A stretch of 50,677 nt of DNA from positions 1 to 50,677 of the forward strand of contig DIAY01000022.1 of assembly GCA_002414905.1 (NCBI GenBank), read 5' to 3'. Below, piece by piece: positions 1 to 8,746 of this stretch. This DNA is from Holophagales bacterium UBA5066 (GTDB lineage: Bacteria > Acidobacteriota > Thermoanaerobaculia > UBA5066). The notes under the pieces were generated by a model that saw only the letters and a list, made by a program, of their open reading frames with translations, made no database searches and had not been told where the DNA came from. Made by a program: the position numbers and the translations under genes. The number at the start of each line of letters is the position of its first letter. Position 1 is the stretch's first letter.

Positions 1-32
1 CCCGGCCTCGCGAGCCCCCGGACCCGCCGGGG

Positions 33-1538
33 CTACCGGCTGATCCCGGAAAACGCCGCGACCTCTCCTCCGGATTTCGACGGATCCTGACTGCGCCCCG
101 CGAGGCCGAGGCAGTGAAGCCCCCCCTCGCCCGTGGGGAAGATCGGGACGGGCACGACGCGAATCCCCTCGGCCTGGTAGATCTTCGCCTGCTTTTCGAA
201 CGTCGGGTTCGGGCTCGTCGCCGCCCGGTCCATCTCCGCCCAGACCTCCCGGAACGCCCTCTGCACGCGCTCGAAGGCCACGTTCGTGGGCCGGCTCCGC
301 CACGCCTCGAGCTCGTCCGAGAGCGCGTCGAACCTCTTCTGGAGCTCGCGTTGCGGGTTTGGACCGTCGGGAAGCGCAAAGTGATAGGGGTACTTCCCGA
401 GCAGGACGACCTGCCCGCCGTCGGGCTCCAGGTACTTTCCGACGTTCACCGGGTTTCGGACCGGGTGATCCGCGAACGGAAGCCTCGCCACGCGGAAGCC
501 CCAGGCTCCGAGCTGGCGTGCCACGCGGTCGTAGATGCCCTGTGCGCGCTTCGCAATCTCGGCTGCAAGCGGCTCACGGGTAATGGCGTCGACGGGAGCA
601 CCCTCGAAAGTGGGAATGAACGCGACGGGCCCCTTCGAGCCGCGGGCGACGTTCACAATCATGTCGGAGTGAAAGAGCTCGTCGGAGACGAGGGAGGGGG
701 TTCGAAGCCCTTCCTCGTTCACGAAGAGGACGTCGACACCGAAGAACGCCTTCCGGAAGGCGCTCCGCGCCTCCTCGATTCGCACGGTCGGGACGGTGCG
801 GCCGATGACGCCCTCGCCGTACCGGTACTCGAGCCACCTGAGGACCCTGTGGTGTCCGGCGAGGAGACCGAGGTGGCCGCCGGGGAGACGCACGAGCTCG
901 ACGTCGCCCCCCTCGGAGTTCACGCCCGGCAGCGATTTCATCGCGAACTCTCGCGGAAATGCCTTCACCATCTGCTGCAGGGTCTCGCGGTAGTAGAGAT
1001 CCGCCTCGGCACCGATCCCGAGGACGAGACGCCCTTGCTCGTCGGTGCCGAGCGGCTCGGCGATGTCCTGCGGGAATGGGATCGCCTGGCCGACGACGAA
1101 GAAACGGATCCGCTCCGCGATCTCTGCCGGGGTCCAGCGGGCACGGACCTTGAGGTACTCGCGGAACTCGTCCCGCTCGTCCCCGAGCTCCCGGACGTGC
1201 AGACGCGGGTCAGGCACCGCCACGAAGAGGCGTGTCCACTTCGGGATCGCATCGACGATTCGCCCGTGCATCAACTCGAAGTTCAGCCAGTAGAGCTGCC
1301 GCCGGATCTGCGCGAGACGCTTGTCGCCGAGCGCCTCGAAGGACGAGCCCGGCGGAAGCATGAAGGGGCTCGCGAGGAGCGGGTCGAGACCGATGACGAC
1401 CCTCTTGTACGCACGCTCGGCCTCCGGAACGAGTTTCAGGCCCGGTGGAACCGACGGTGGCGCGGGCGCAGGCTCGGCCAGGGTCAGGCCGAAGGCGAGG
1501 AGGACCGATCCCGGGACGAGGAGGGAGACGGCACGCAT
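33..1538 (-). CDS. Secreted hypothetical protein, possibly a guanidino-group-modifying (agmatine deiminase / PAD-like) enzyme
   Basis: 501-aa ORF with ATG at 1538 and TAG at 33-35. Signal-like N-terminus MRAVSLLVPGSVLLAFGLTLA. The near-C-terminal GEGGLHCLG resembles the GG-x-H-C catalytic-cysteine motif of agmatine/peptidyl-arginine deiminases. The CDS call is solid (long GC3-rich frame); the fold assignment rests on motif memory only. Confidence 0.6.
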   Translation of the reverse strand: MRAVSLLVPGSVLLAFGLTLAEPAPAPPSVPPGLKLVPEAERAYKRVVIGLDPLLASPFMLPPGSSFEALGDKRLAQIRRQLYWLNFELMHGRIVDAIPKWTRLFVAVPDPRLHVRELGDERDEFREYLKVRARWTPAEIAERIRFFVVGQAIPFPQDIAEPLGTDEQGRLVLGIGAEADLYYRETLQQMVKAFPREFAMKSLPGVNSEGGDVELVRLPGGHLGLLAGHHRVLRWLEYRYGEGVIGRTVPTVRIEEARSAFRKAFFGVDVLFVNEEGLRTPSLVSDELFHSDMIVNVARGSKGPVAFIPTFEGAPVDAITREPLAAEIAKRAQGIYDRVARQLGAWGFRVARLPFADHPVRNPVNVGKYLEPDGGQVVLLGKYPYHFALPDGPNPQRELQKRFDALSDELEAWRSRPTNVAFERVQRAFREVWAEMDRAATSPNPTFEKQAKIYQAEGIRVVPVPIFPTGEGGLHCLGLAGRSQDPSKSGGEVAAFSGISR

Positions 1539-1565
1539 TGAGCGAAGTCTAGAGCCCTATCGGGC

Positions 1566-4500
1566 CTACGGCGCCAGGAGCCCCACCCCTTCCCTTACCG
1601 CCTTCTCCCGGAAGCCGGCCACGTCTTTCGCGAAAAAGGCGTCGAGATCGGCAAGATAGCTCGTCAGGCGCGCTTCGGCCTGGGCAAGCCTCTCGAGTTG
1701 CGTCGGACTGGGAGGCGCCCACGATGAGGCCACGTTTCCGGCGGCCGCCTGGAGATCCTGTGCCACGCGGTTGCGTGCGGGGATTCCCGCATTCTCAGGG
1801 GGGCTCCAGAGGAGGTTCTCCTTATCCGTCAGCACCCTCTTCAGCGCGGCTGCCTCCTTCGCGAAGGGCGTTTCGTTCGCCTTCCGGCGCTCGGCCGGAT
1901 CGCGCAGAGTCTCGCTTCTCCGCCGCAGCCTCTCCTCCACGGCCGCCACGTCGTCGCGCGTCCGGCGGATCCGGATCGCCGCCTCCGCCGCCTTCTCCTG
2001 CAACCCGCCCGCCCGCTCGATCGTCGCCCACCGCCTCACCCAGTCTGCCGGGGAGTTCTTCGACCGCGGGTCGGGAAGGACGCTCACCTGCGCGCGTGCC
2101 GTCGCGTCCCGGAACGCCAGCGTCACCGTGTAGTCCCCCGGAGGGACCTCGGGGCCGGCGGCCTGCCACTCCGGGAGGGGACCCGCATTGGGTGCACGCG
2201 GGAACCGCCGCCAGGCGTCGCGCCCGAGGTCCCACGCGACGCGGGTGACGCCCTGTCGCGCCGGCGCGTCGAAGACCCTCACGAGCGTCCCGGCCGCATC
2301 CGTCACGCGAATCGAAACCCGCGGCCGCGACGGGTCCGCTCCTTCCTCTCCGTCGCCACCACGAACACCCCTGTCCCGCCCCGGCGAGAGCGGCTCCTCC
2401 TCGCCTGCCGGAGGCAGGCCCGGCGCATTCAGAGAGAAAGTCAGAAGCGACCCGTACGGCCTGGATGTGCCCGCAAATTCGGCCGCGCCCGCTCCCGTCA
2501 CGCCGTCCTGGGCTGCCCGCCAGTACTGGCGCGCCGGGACCGGGGTGAAGAGGTGGAGAGGCGCGCCGAGCGTCTCCTCCGTCATCTCGCGAAAAGGCGT
2601 CAGGTCGTCAAGTATCCAGATCGCGCGGCCGTGCGTGGCGATGACGAGATCACCCTCCGTCGGGTGGATGGCCAGGTCCATCACCGACGCCGTCGGGATC
2701 GTCTTCTTCAGGTGCCGCCAGCCCGTCCCGCCGTCGAGCGAGACGAAGAGCCCCGTTTCCGTTCCCAGGAAGAGGAGTTCCTTCTTCACCGGATCCTGGA
2801 CGACGGCGAGCGCGTACCCCTTCACGGCGGGCGTCACGAGACTCTTCCACGTCCTGCCGTAGTCGTCCGTCCGGTAGACGTATGGCGCGAAATCGCCCCA
2901 GCGGTGGTTGTCGAGGACAGCGAACGCCGTGGCCGCGTCGTACCGCGACGGTTCGATCGCCGCCACGTGAGCGTTCTTCGGCGCGCCGGGTGGCAGCGCG
3001 TTCTCGACGGAGAGCCAGGTCCGGCCGCCGTCGCGGGTCACGTGGATCCGGCCGTCGTCCGATCCGGCCCAGATCGTCCCTTTCACCGCCGGGCTCGGCG
3101 CGATGGTGACGAGCGTCGTGTAGTTCTCGGCGGCCGTGACGTCGAGCGTCAGGCCGCCGCTCGCGCCCTGCTTCTGCCACGCCGGATTGTTCGTCGTCAG
3201 ATCCGGGCTCACCGTCTCCCACGTCTCGCCCCGGTCCCTGGAGCGGTGAACGTACTGGCTCCCGAGCCAGACGGTCGCCGGCCCGAACGGGTCGACCGCG
3301 AGCGCCGCGTTCCAGTTGAACCGCAGCTTCGTCCCCGCGGGCGCCTGGGGCCTGGCGTCACGGACCTCGCCCGTCCGGACGTCCCAGCGCATCAGGTTCC
3401 CTCCCTGGGAGAGGGAATAGCCACGCTCCGGGTCCTCGGGGTCGGGAAGGGTCTCGAACCCGTCCCCGCTGCCGACCCGCTTCCAGTGGTGCGCCTTCAC
3501 CCCGCCCCGCTGCCAGACCGACGACGGTCCCCGCCAGGAGTTGTTGTCCTGCAGGCCCCCGTAGACGTTGTACGGGATCTCGCCGTCGACGGCCACGTGG
3601 TAGTACTGCGCCAATGGCAGGGTCCCGACGAAGCGGAACGTGTCGCCCCGGTCGCGGCTCTCGTAGAGCCCGCCGTCGTTCCCGAGGAGCATCCGCCGCG
3701 GTTCCTTCGGGTCGATCCAGAGGGCGTGGTGATCCACATGGACGTGCTGGCGCCCCGTCCCGCGGACGTTCCCGAACGTCCGGCCGCCGTCCGTAGAGAC
3801 GCGCAGCTCGGTCGCGAGCGAGTAGACGCGGTTCGGCTGCTGGGGATCGACCCGGATATCTGCGTAATAGAAAGGACGCGGGTTGACCGAGGGGCCGTCG
3901 TTCACGACCTCGAAGCGGCGTCCGCCGTCTTCCGAGCGGAGGAGGACGTTTTTCTCCGCCTCGACGATGGCGTACACGACCTCCGGGTGTCGATCGCAGA
4001 AGGCGAGACCGATCCTGCCGAGCGTCCCCTTCGGAACCCCGTCCTTCTCGCCGAGCCTCGTCCAGCTCTCGCCTCCGTCCCACGTCACGTGGAGGCCCGA
4101 CCCGGGTCCTCCCGAGCGGAAGAAGTGCGGAGTCCGGCGGAAGTCCCACATCGCGGCCAGGAGGTGGTCGGGGTTGCCGGGATCGAGCGTCAGGTCGCCA
4201 CAGCCCGTCTTCTCGTCGACGTGGAGGACTTTCTTCCAGCTCTTCCCTCCGTCGTTCGTCCTGAAGACTCCTCGCTCCGCTCCGTCGCTCCAGGCGGGAC
4301 CGACCGCGCAGGCCCAGGCCGTCTGCGGGTCACGCGGGTGGAGGAGGATCCGGTGGATCCGCTCCGTCCTGGCGAGGCCGACGTTCGTCCACGTCTTCCC
4401 GCCATCGCGGGTCAGGTAGACGCCGTCGCCGTGAGAGATGCTGTTGCGCAAGTTCCCCTCGCCCGTGCCGACCCAGACGACATCGGGCGTCCTCGGATCG

Positions 4501-4784
4501 ACGGCCAGCGCGCCGATCGCGTGGACCGGCTGCTCGTCGAACACGGGCTCGAACGTGAGACCTCCGTTCGTCGACTTCCAGACGCCACCCGAGGCCGCGC
4601 CCACGAAGACGATCCGCGGGTCGCCCGCAAAGGCGTCGATGGCGGCGATCCGGCCGCTCATTCCCGCCGGCCCGATGCTCCGGGCCTTCAGGCCCTCGAA
4701 CCGGGAGGAATCGTCCGCCGTGATCGCGACGGACGTCGTGAGGAGGACTGCTGCGAGAGCCACGCGGACGAGACGACCGGCCAT
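1566..4784 (-). CDS. Secreted BNR/Asp-box repeat protein, sortilin/VPS10-like double beta-propeller
   Basis: 1072-aa ORF with signal-like N-terminus MAGRLVRVALAAVLLTTSVAITA. At least ten S/T-x-D-x-G-x-T/S-W/F Asp-box motifs are present (STNGGLTF, TRDGGKTW, TNDGGKSW, WDGGESW, SEDGGRRF, STDGGRTF, SRDRGDTF, SRDRGETW, TRDGGRTW, TDDYGRTW, SLDGGTGW). It ends 27 nt upstream of the next gene's start. Confidence 0.85.
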   Translation of the reverse strand: MAGRLVRVALAAVLLTTSVAITADDSSRFEGLKARSIGPAGMSGRIAAIDAFAGDPRIVFVGAASGGVWKSTNGGLTFEPVFDEQPVHAIGALAVDPRTPDVVWVGTGEGNLRNSISHGDGVYLTRDGGKTWTNVGLARTERIHRILLHPRDPQTAWACAVGPAWSDGAERGVFRTNDGGKSWKKVLHVDEKTGCGDLTLDPGNPDHLLAAMWDFRRTPHFFRSGGPGSGLHVTWDGGESWTRLGEKDGVPKGTLGRIGLAFCDRHPEVVYAIVEAEKNVLLRSEDGGRRFEVVNDGPSVNPRPFYYADIRVDPQQPNRVYSLATELRVSTDGGRTFGNVRGTGRQHVHVDHHALWIDPKEPRRMLLGNDGGLYESRDRGDTFRFVGTLPLAQYYHVAVDGEIPYNVYGGLQDNNSWRGPSSVWQRGGVKAHHWKRVGSGDGFETLPDPEDPERGYSLSQGGNLMRWDVRTGEVRDARPQAPAGTKLRFNWNAALAVDPFGPATVWLGSQYVHRSRDRGETWETVSPDLTTNNPAWQKQGASGGLTLDVTAAENYTTLVTIAPSPAVKGTIWAGSDDGRIHVTRDGGRTWLSVENALPPGAPKNAHVAAIEPSRYDAATAFAVLDNHRWGDFAPYVYRTDDYGRTWKSLVTPAVKGYALAVVQDPVKKELLFLGTETGLFVSLDGGTGWRHLKKTIPTASVMDLAIHPTEGDLVIATHGRAIWILDDLTPFREMTEETLGAPLHLFTPVPARQYWRAAQDGVTGAGAAEFAGTSRPYGSLLTFSLNAPGLPPAGEEEPLSPGRDRGVRGGDGEEGADPSRPRVSIRVTDAAGTLVRVFDAPARQGVTRVAWDLGRDAWRRFPRAPNAGPLPEWQAAGPEVPPGDYTVTLAFRDATARAQVSVLPDPRSKNSPADWVRRWATIERAGGLQEKAAEAAIRIRRTRDDVAAVEERLRRRSETLRDPAERRKANETPFAKEAAALKRVLTDKENLLWSPPENAGIPARNRVAQDLQAAAGNVASSWAPPSPTQLERLAQAEARLTSYLADLDAFFAKDVAGFREKAVREGVGLLAP

Positions 4785-4898
4785 GAAGCCTCCACGCCGG
4801 AAACCGGCGTGGAGACGTTAGCAGGACGGCGGGCTTCCGCCGTAGACGCCGGCGTCGGAGACGGGGACAATCCCGTCCTTGCGAGAGGAGTTCGGGGA

Positions 4899-5573
4899 TT
4901 GAGCGAGTCCGGTCGCGCCGCCTGGGACGAGCACTGGGATGCGATCCGGCCGGAGTCCTCGCTCTTCGGCAGGATCGCCTCGCTCGTCCGGGTCCAGGTC
5001 CTCAGCCGGGCCGTCGCGCACTACGCCTCGAAATACCTGGCCGGCGACGGTCCGCTCCTCGAGGCAGGTTCCGGTACGGGCCAGTCCTCGTCGCGAATCG
5101 GGGTCCCGGGTCGCCCGCGGATCGCGCTGGACTACTCCACGCGCGCTCTCCGCCAGGCGCGGTCCATCCGCCTGTTCGACGCGTTCCTGCAGGGCGACAT
5201 CACCCGCCTCCCGCTGCGGGACGCCTCGGTCGCCGGCCTCTGGAACCTCGGCGTCCTGGAGCACTTCGACGAGGCCGCCGGCGTTGGCATCCTCCGGGAG
5301 TTCCGGCGGGTCCTGGCGCCCGGGGGTCACGCCATCCTCTTCTGGCCCCCTGACTTCGGCTCCTCCCGCATGGTGCTGGCCCCGATCGAGGCGCTCCGGT
5401 CCTGGAGGCGGAAATCGCCGTTCCGATTCTTCCCGGACGAGGTGAACCGGCTCGCCTCCCGCGCGCACGCCCGCAGGCTCCTCGCGGCCGCGGGGCTCGA
5501 GGAGCGCCGGATCGACTTCTCGTTCCGCGACCTGTTCATCCACGTCGTCGTCGTGGCGAGGCGCCCCTCATGA
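4899..5573 (+). CDS. Class I SAM-dependent methyltransferase
   Basis: This is the C-terminal part of track ORF 2553..5573; the upstream part is antisense shadow of the BNR gene. Motif I LLEAGSGTGQ, then DITRLPLRDASV, VLEHF and LAPGGHAILFWP. The proposed start is TTG at 4899, preceded by AGGAG at 4885-4889. The start is uncertain; the stop overlaps the next ATG (ATGA at 5570-5573). Confidence 0.75.
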   Translation: MSESGRAAWDEHWDAIRPESSLFGRIASLVRVQVLSRAVAHYASKYLAGDGPLLEAGSGTGQSSSRIGVPGRPRIALDYSTRALRQARSIRLFDAFLQGDITRLPLRDASVAGLWNLGVLEHFDEAAGVGILREFRRVLAPGGHAILFWPPDFGSSRMVLAPIEALRSWRRKSPFRFFPDEVNRLASRAHARRLLAAAGLEERRIDFSFRDLFIHVVVVARRPS

Positions 5574-6286
5574 GGATCTCGGTCGTCATCGCCGCCCTGG
5601 ACGAGCGGCGGAATGTTGAGCCCCTCACCCGCCGCCTCGCATCCGTCCTCAAAGGGCTGACCGGAGACCAGTGGGAGATCGTCTACGTCGTGGAGGGGAC
5701 AGACGGAACGAGAGACGTCCTCGACGCGCTCGCAGAAGAGATTTCCGGGCTTCGCGTCCTCTACCAGCCCGTGCCGCAGGGCCTCGGGGCCGCGTTCCGG
5801 CGGGGCTTCGCCGCGGCGGCACCCGACGCCGACGTCCTCGTGACCATGGACGCCGACCTGAACCACCAGCCCGAAGAGCTCCCGCGCCTCCTCGAGGCTT
5901 TCCGGCGGCGCGGATGCGACATCCTCGTCGGCTCGCGCTTCGCTCCCGGCGGCACGGTGGACCGGATGCCGGCCTGGAAGACCGCCCTCAGCCGAAGCCT
6001 GAATCCGCTCATGAAGCTGGCCTTCCGGATGAACATCCGGGACCTCACGTCCGGCTACCGCATCTACGACGGGCCGGCTCTGCGAACGCTTTCCTTCTCC
6101 GCGAACAACTTCGCGTTCCTTCCCGAGCTCCTCTTCGAGGCCGCCGCCCGAGGCCTGCTCATCGAGGAGGAGCCGATCCGGTTCATGTACCGGGTCCATG
6201 GCCGCTCCAAGATGGGACTCTGGAAGACGAGCCGCAGCTATCTCGGGCTCTTCCTGCGCCGCGTCATGGGCTCGTGGAGCCGGTGA
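5570..6286 (+). CDS. GT2 family glycosyltransferase, polyprenol-phosphate mannose/glucose synthase-like
   Basis: 238 aa. N-terminal ISVVIAALDE, a DAD motif (VTMDADLNHQPEELP), GSRF, and short Dpm1/Ppm1-like size. Translationally coupled on both sides (ATGA at 5570, GTGA at 6283). Confidence 0.85.
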   Translation: MRISVVIAALDERRNVEPLTRRLASVLKGLTGDQWEIVYVVEGTDGTRDVLDALAEEISGLRVLYQPVPQGLGAAFRRGFAAAAPDADVLVTMDADLNHQPEELPRLLEAFRRRGCDILVGSRFAPGGTVDRMPAWKTALSRSLNPLMKLAFRMNIRDLTSGYRIYDGPALRTLSFSANNFAFLPELLFEAAARGLLIEEEPIRFMYRVHGRSKMGLWKTSRSYLGLFLRRVMGSWSR

Positions 6287-8100
6287 ACCCTTTGCGCCGG
6301 CCGGGGGTGACTCTCGCCGCAGCGGGCCTGGGGGTGTTCGTCACTCTCCAGCTCCTCGTGTTGCTGATCCGCGGCGACCGGCACGTCCTCTTCTGGTGGG
6401 ACGGCGCGCCCCGGGTTCTCGTCGTCCTGTCGTGGATCTGGGTCTTCGTCCGGGCTGCGACAGGAGGCCTCGCAGCGGCCTGGCTCGCCAGGGCTATCGA
6501 ACCAGTGCTCCCCGAAAGGCGCGCTTCGGAGCGGGCCGGGCTCGCCGTCGCGGGCGTCGTGCTCCTCAGCGTGGTCGGGGCGGCGCTGCGCTTCGTTGCA
6601 CCCGTGTCGATTCCGCCCGGGGTGTGGCTCGACGTCGTCCTGGAGGCAGAGCTCCTCCTTCGGACCCCGCTCGCCGTCCCCTGGCTGGGGGGCACTCCCC
6701 TCGGTATTCCTGGTGCCCACGAGATCGTCTCGCATCTTCTCCTGCGTTCCTACGAGGGCCTTCTCCTCATCTTTGGACGGGGAGACGTCGGTCTTCTCTC
6801 CCTGTCCGCCCTACCCGCGACCCTGACGATTCCTGCCGCCGGCTGGCTCGCGTACGAGGCGTTCGGCAGTCGCGCGTCGGTCCTCGCCGCGGCGTTCGTG
6901 GCCCTTTCGAGCCGTTCGTTGGCGCTCGCGCGATGGGGGTACACGCCCGCGACCCTGGTGCCCCTCGCCCTCGCAACCATGGCGGCGGCGCTCGCAGCGC
7001 GCCGGAGGGGAAGCCTCGTGCTGGCGGCCCTGTCCGGTGTCTTCGCCGGCCTGGCGATGCACACCCACTCCTCCGCGCTCATCGTGCCGGTCGCCCTTGC
7101 CCTCTGGAGCGCTGGCACCTGGCGTGAACCTCGAGCCCGTCGCCGGTGTGCCGTCGCCGCGGGAGCGGCGTTCCTGGCCGCGGCCCCGTGGCTCGTCGCC
7201 TTCGTCCACCACCCGGGACATGTCGGAGGACGCCTCCGCGACGTCCACGTGGGAAATCCCGTGCGCGACGTCGAGGCCCGGCAAAGCGGGATCGTCGCCA
7301 GGCTCCTGGGCAACTCGATCGACTACTCGGGTCTCTTCGTCTTCACGAAGGACCCGAATGGCCGGCACGGATTCCCGGAGCGCCCGGGCGCGCCCGCGGC
7401 GATTGGCCTGGCGACGCTCATCGGCATGGCTGCGCTGCTGCGGCGATCCGTGTGGGACGCAGGACCTCCCCGGGCTCTTCTCCTGCTCGCGGCCGGAAGC
7501 CTCGCGGCCGGCATCCTGTCGGACCCCGGTGGGGCGCCGAACACCGTACGGGCCTGCATCCTGCTGGCGGTCGGTCTCGTGATCGCAGCCTGGGTGGTGG
7601 AGGCCCTCGCCCGCCGGATCGCCCCTGCCGTCCGCGCGCGACCCGGGGTGCTCCTGGTCCTCGTCGGAACCGGCCTCTTCATCCACGAGACGGTGCCGTT
7701 CCTCACCGTATGGCCGGGCCACGGAACGGTGAAAATGGCGTTCTGCCCGGAGGAATCCGACGCCGGCCGACTGCTCCGAAGTCTCGGGCCCGCCCCGGTC
7801 CTCCTCGAGAGAGGCTCGGTCGCCGCCCCTCTCCTCCTCGAGACCCTCGCGGCCTCGCCGGACGCGCGCGTCCCGGTACCGGTCATCCCGACGACGACCG
7901 CCGGGCAGCTTCTCACCGGAGCTCCGCCGGGCTCTTCGTTCTGGCTCGTCGCGACTCTTCGGTTCCCCGAGCCCCTCGCCGCCGCGGGGTGGACCGTCTC
8001 GAGGCCCGTACAGGCCGGACCGGGCCGTGCACTGTATTTCTTCCGGGTGCGCCCGCCCGCCGCCGGCGAACGGCACGCGGACGCACCGACGGACCGGTGA
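6283..8100 (+). CDS. Polytopic membrane protein, putative GT-C fold (PMT/ArnT-like) glycosyltransferase
   Basis: In frame with track ORF 5671..8100. The real start is taken as GTG 6283, overlapping the GT2 stop (GTGA). About 605 aa with many hydrophobic segments followed by a soluble C-terminal domain. Its position directly after a polyprenol-P-sugar synthase suggests a GT-C transferase. No strong signature motif was recognised. Confidence 0.55.
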   Translation: MNPLRRPGVTLAAAGLGVFVTLQLLVLLIRGDRHVLFWWDGAPRVLVVLSWIWVFVRAATGGLAAAWLARAIEPVLPERRASERAGLAVAGVVLLSVVGAALRFVAPVSIPPGVWLDVVLEAELLLRTPLAVPWLGGTPLGIPGAHEIVSHLLLRSYEGLLLIFGRGDVGLLSLSALPATLTIPAAGWLAYEAFGSRASVLAAAFVALSSRSLALARWGYTPATLVPLALATMAAALAARRRGSLVLAALSGVFAGLAMHTHSSALIVPVALALWSAGTWREPRARRRCAVAAGAAFLAAAPWLVAFVHHPGHVGGRLRDVHVGNPVRDVEARQSGIVARLLGNSIDYSGLFVFTKDPNGRHGFPERPGAPAAIGLATLIGMAALLRRSVWDAGPPRALLLLAAGSLAAGILSDPGGAPNTVRACILLAVGLVIAAWVVEALARRIAPAVRARPGVLLVLVGTGLFIHETVPFLTVWPGHGTVKMAFCPEESDAGRLLRSLGPAPVLLERGSVAAPLLLETLAASPDARVPVPVIPTTTAGQLLTGAPPGSSFWLVATLRFPEPLAAAGWTVSRPVQAGPGRALYFFRVRPPAAGERHADAPTDR

Positions 8101-8125
8101 GCCCCCGTGCCGGCGGGCTCCGAGG

Positions 8126-8737
8126 CTAGCTCGAGACGGCGGTCCTGGCCCGGGTGACCGACTCGATGACGACCGGGGTCAGGGGGACGTTCTGCATCCC
8201 GCCCTTCGTCCCCGTCGGGACGGCCTTGATCTTCTCCACGACGTCCATCCCCTGAACGACCTTGCCGAAGACGCAGTAGCCGATCCCGTCGCGCGAAGAA
8301 TCGCGGTAGTCGAGGGAGACGTTGTCCTTCACGTTGACGAAGAACTGCCCCGTCGCGCTGTTCGGCTCGCCCGTGCGCGCCATGGCGACGGTGCCGACGA
8401 GGTTCTTCAGCTTGTTGCCCGCCTCGTTGGCGATCGGCGCGCGGGTCGCCTTCTTCGCCATCTCCTTGTCGAGGCCGCCTCCCTGGATCATGAAGCCGTC
8501 GATGACCCGGTGGAAGATCGTTCCGGCGTAGAAGCCCTCGTCGACGTACTGGAGGAAGTTCTTCACCGTCTCCGGCGCCTTGTCGGGGTAGAGCTCGATC
8601 GTGAAGCTTCCCTTCGACGTCTTCACGACGACCGACGGATTCGAGGTGGTCTGGGCCGAGGCGGCCATGGCCACCAGGAGCGGCAGGAGGAGGATTGCGC
8701 AGGTCAGCGTCTGCTTCATGATCGAAAGTTCTAGCAC
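8126..8737 (-). CDS. Periplasmic cyclophilin-type peptidyl-prolyl cis-trans isomerase
   Basis: 203 aa with a signal peptide ([22 protein letters not shown]). Cyclophilin core [14 protein letters not shown] ... GTVAMAR ... [13 protein letters not shown] at 8737 is preceded by AAGGGG; ATG at 8719 is an alternative start. Confidence 0.9.
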   Translation of the reverse strand: MLELSIMKQTLTCAILLLPLLVAMAASAQTTSNPSVVVKTSKGSFTIELYPDKAPETVKNFLQYVDEGFYAGTIFHRVIDGFMIQGGGLDKEMAKKATRAPIANEAGNKLKNLVGTVAMARTGEPNSATGQFFVNVKDNVSLDYRDSSRDGIGYCVFGKVVQGMDVVEKIKAVPTGTKGGMQNVPLTPVVIESVTRARTAVSS

Positions 8738-8746
8738 AGGTGCCCC

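Noticed and set aside
2553-4898. The first approximately 780 codons of the 1006-aa plus-strand track ORF 2553..5573
   Set aside because: It lies antisense to the well-supported BNR/sortilin gene and its text is Arg/Pro/Gly/Asp-rich without motifs. This is a typical shadow ORF in high-GC DNA. Only the last approximately 225 codons (the methyltransferase) are real.
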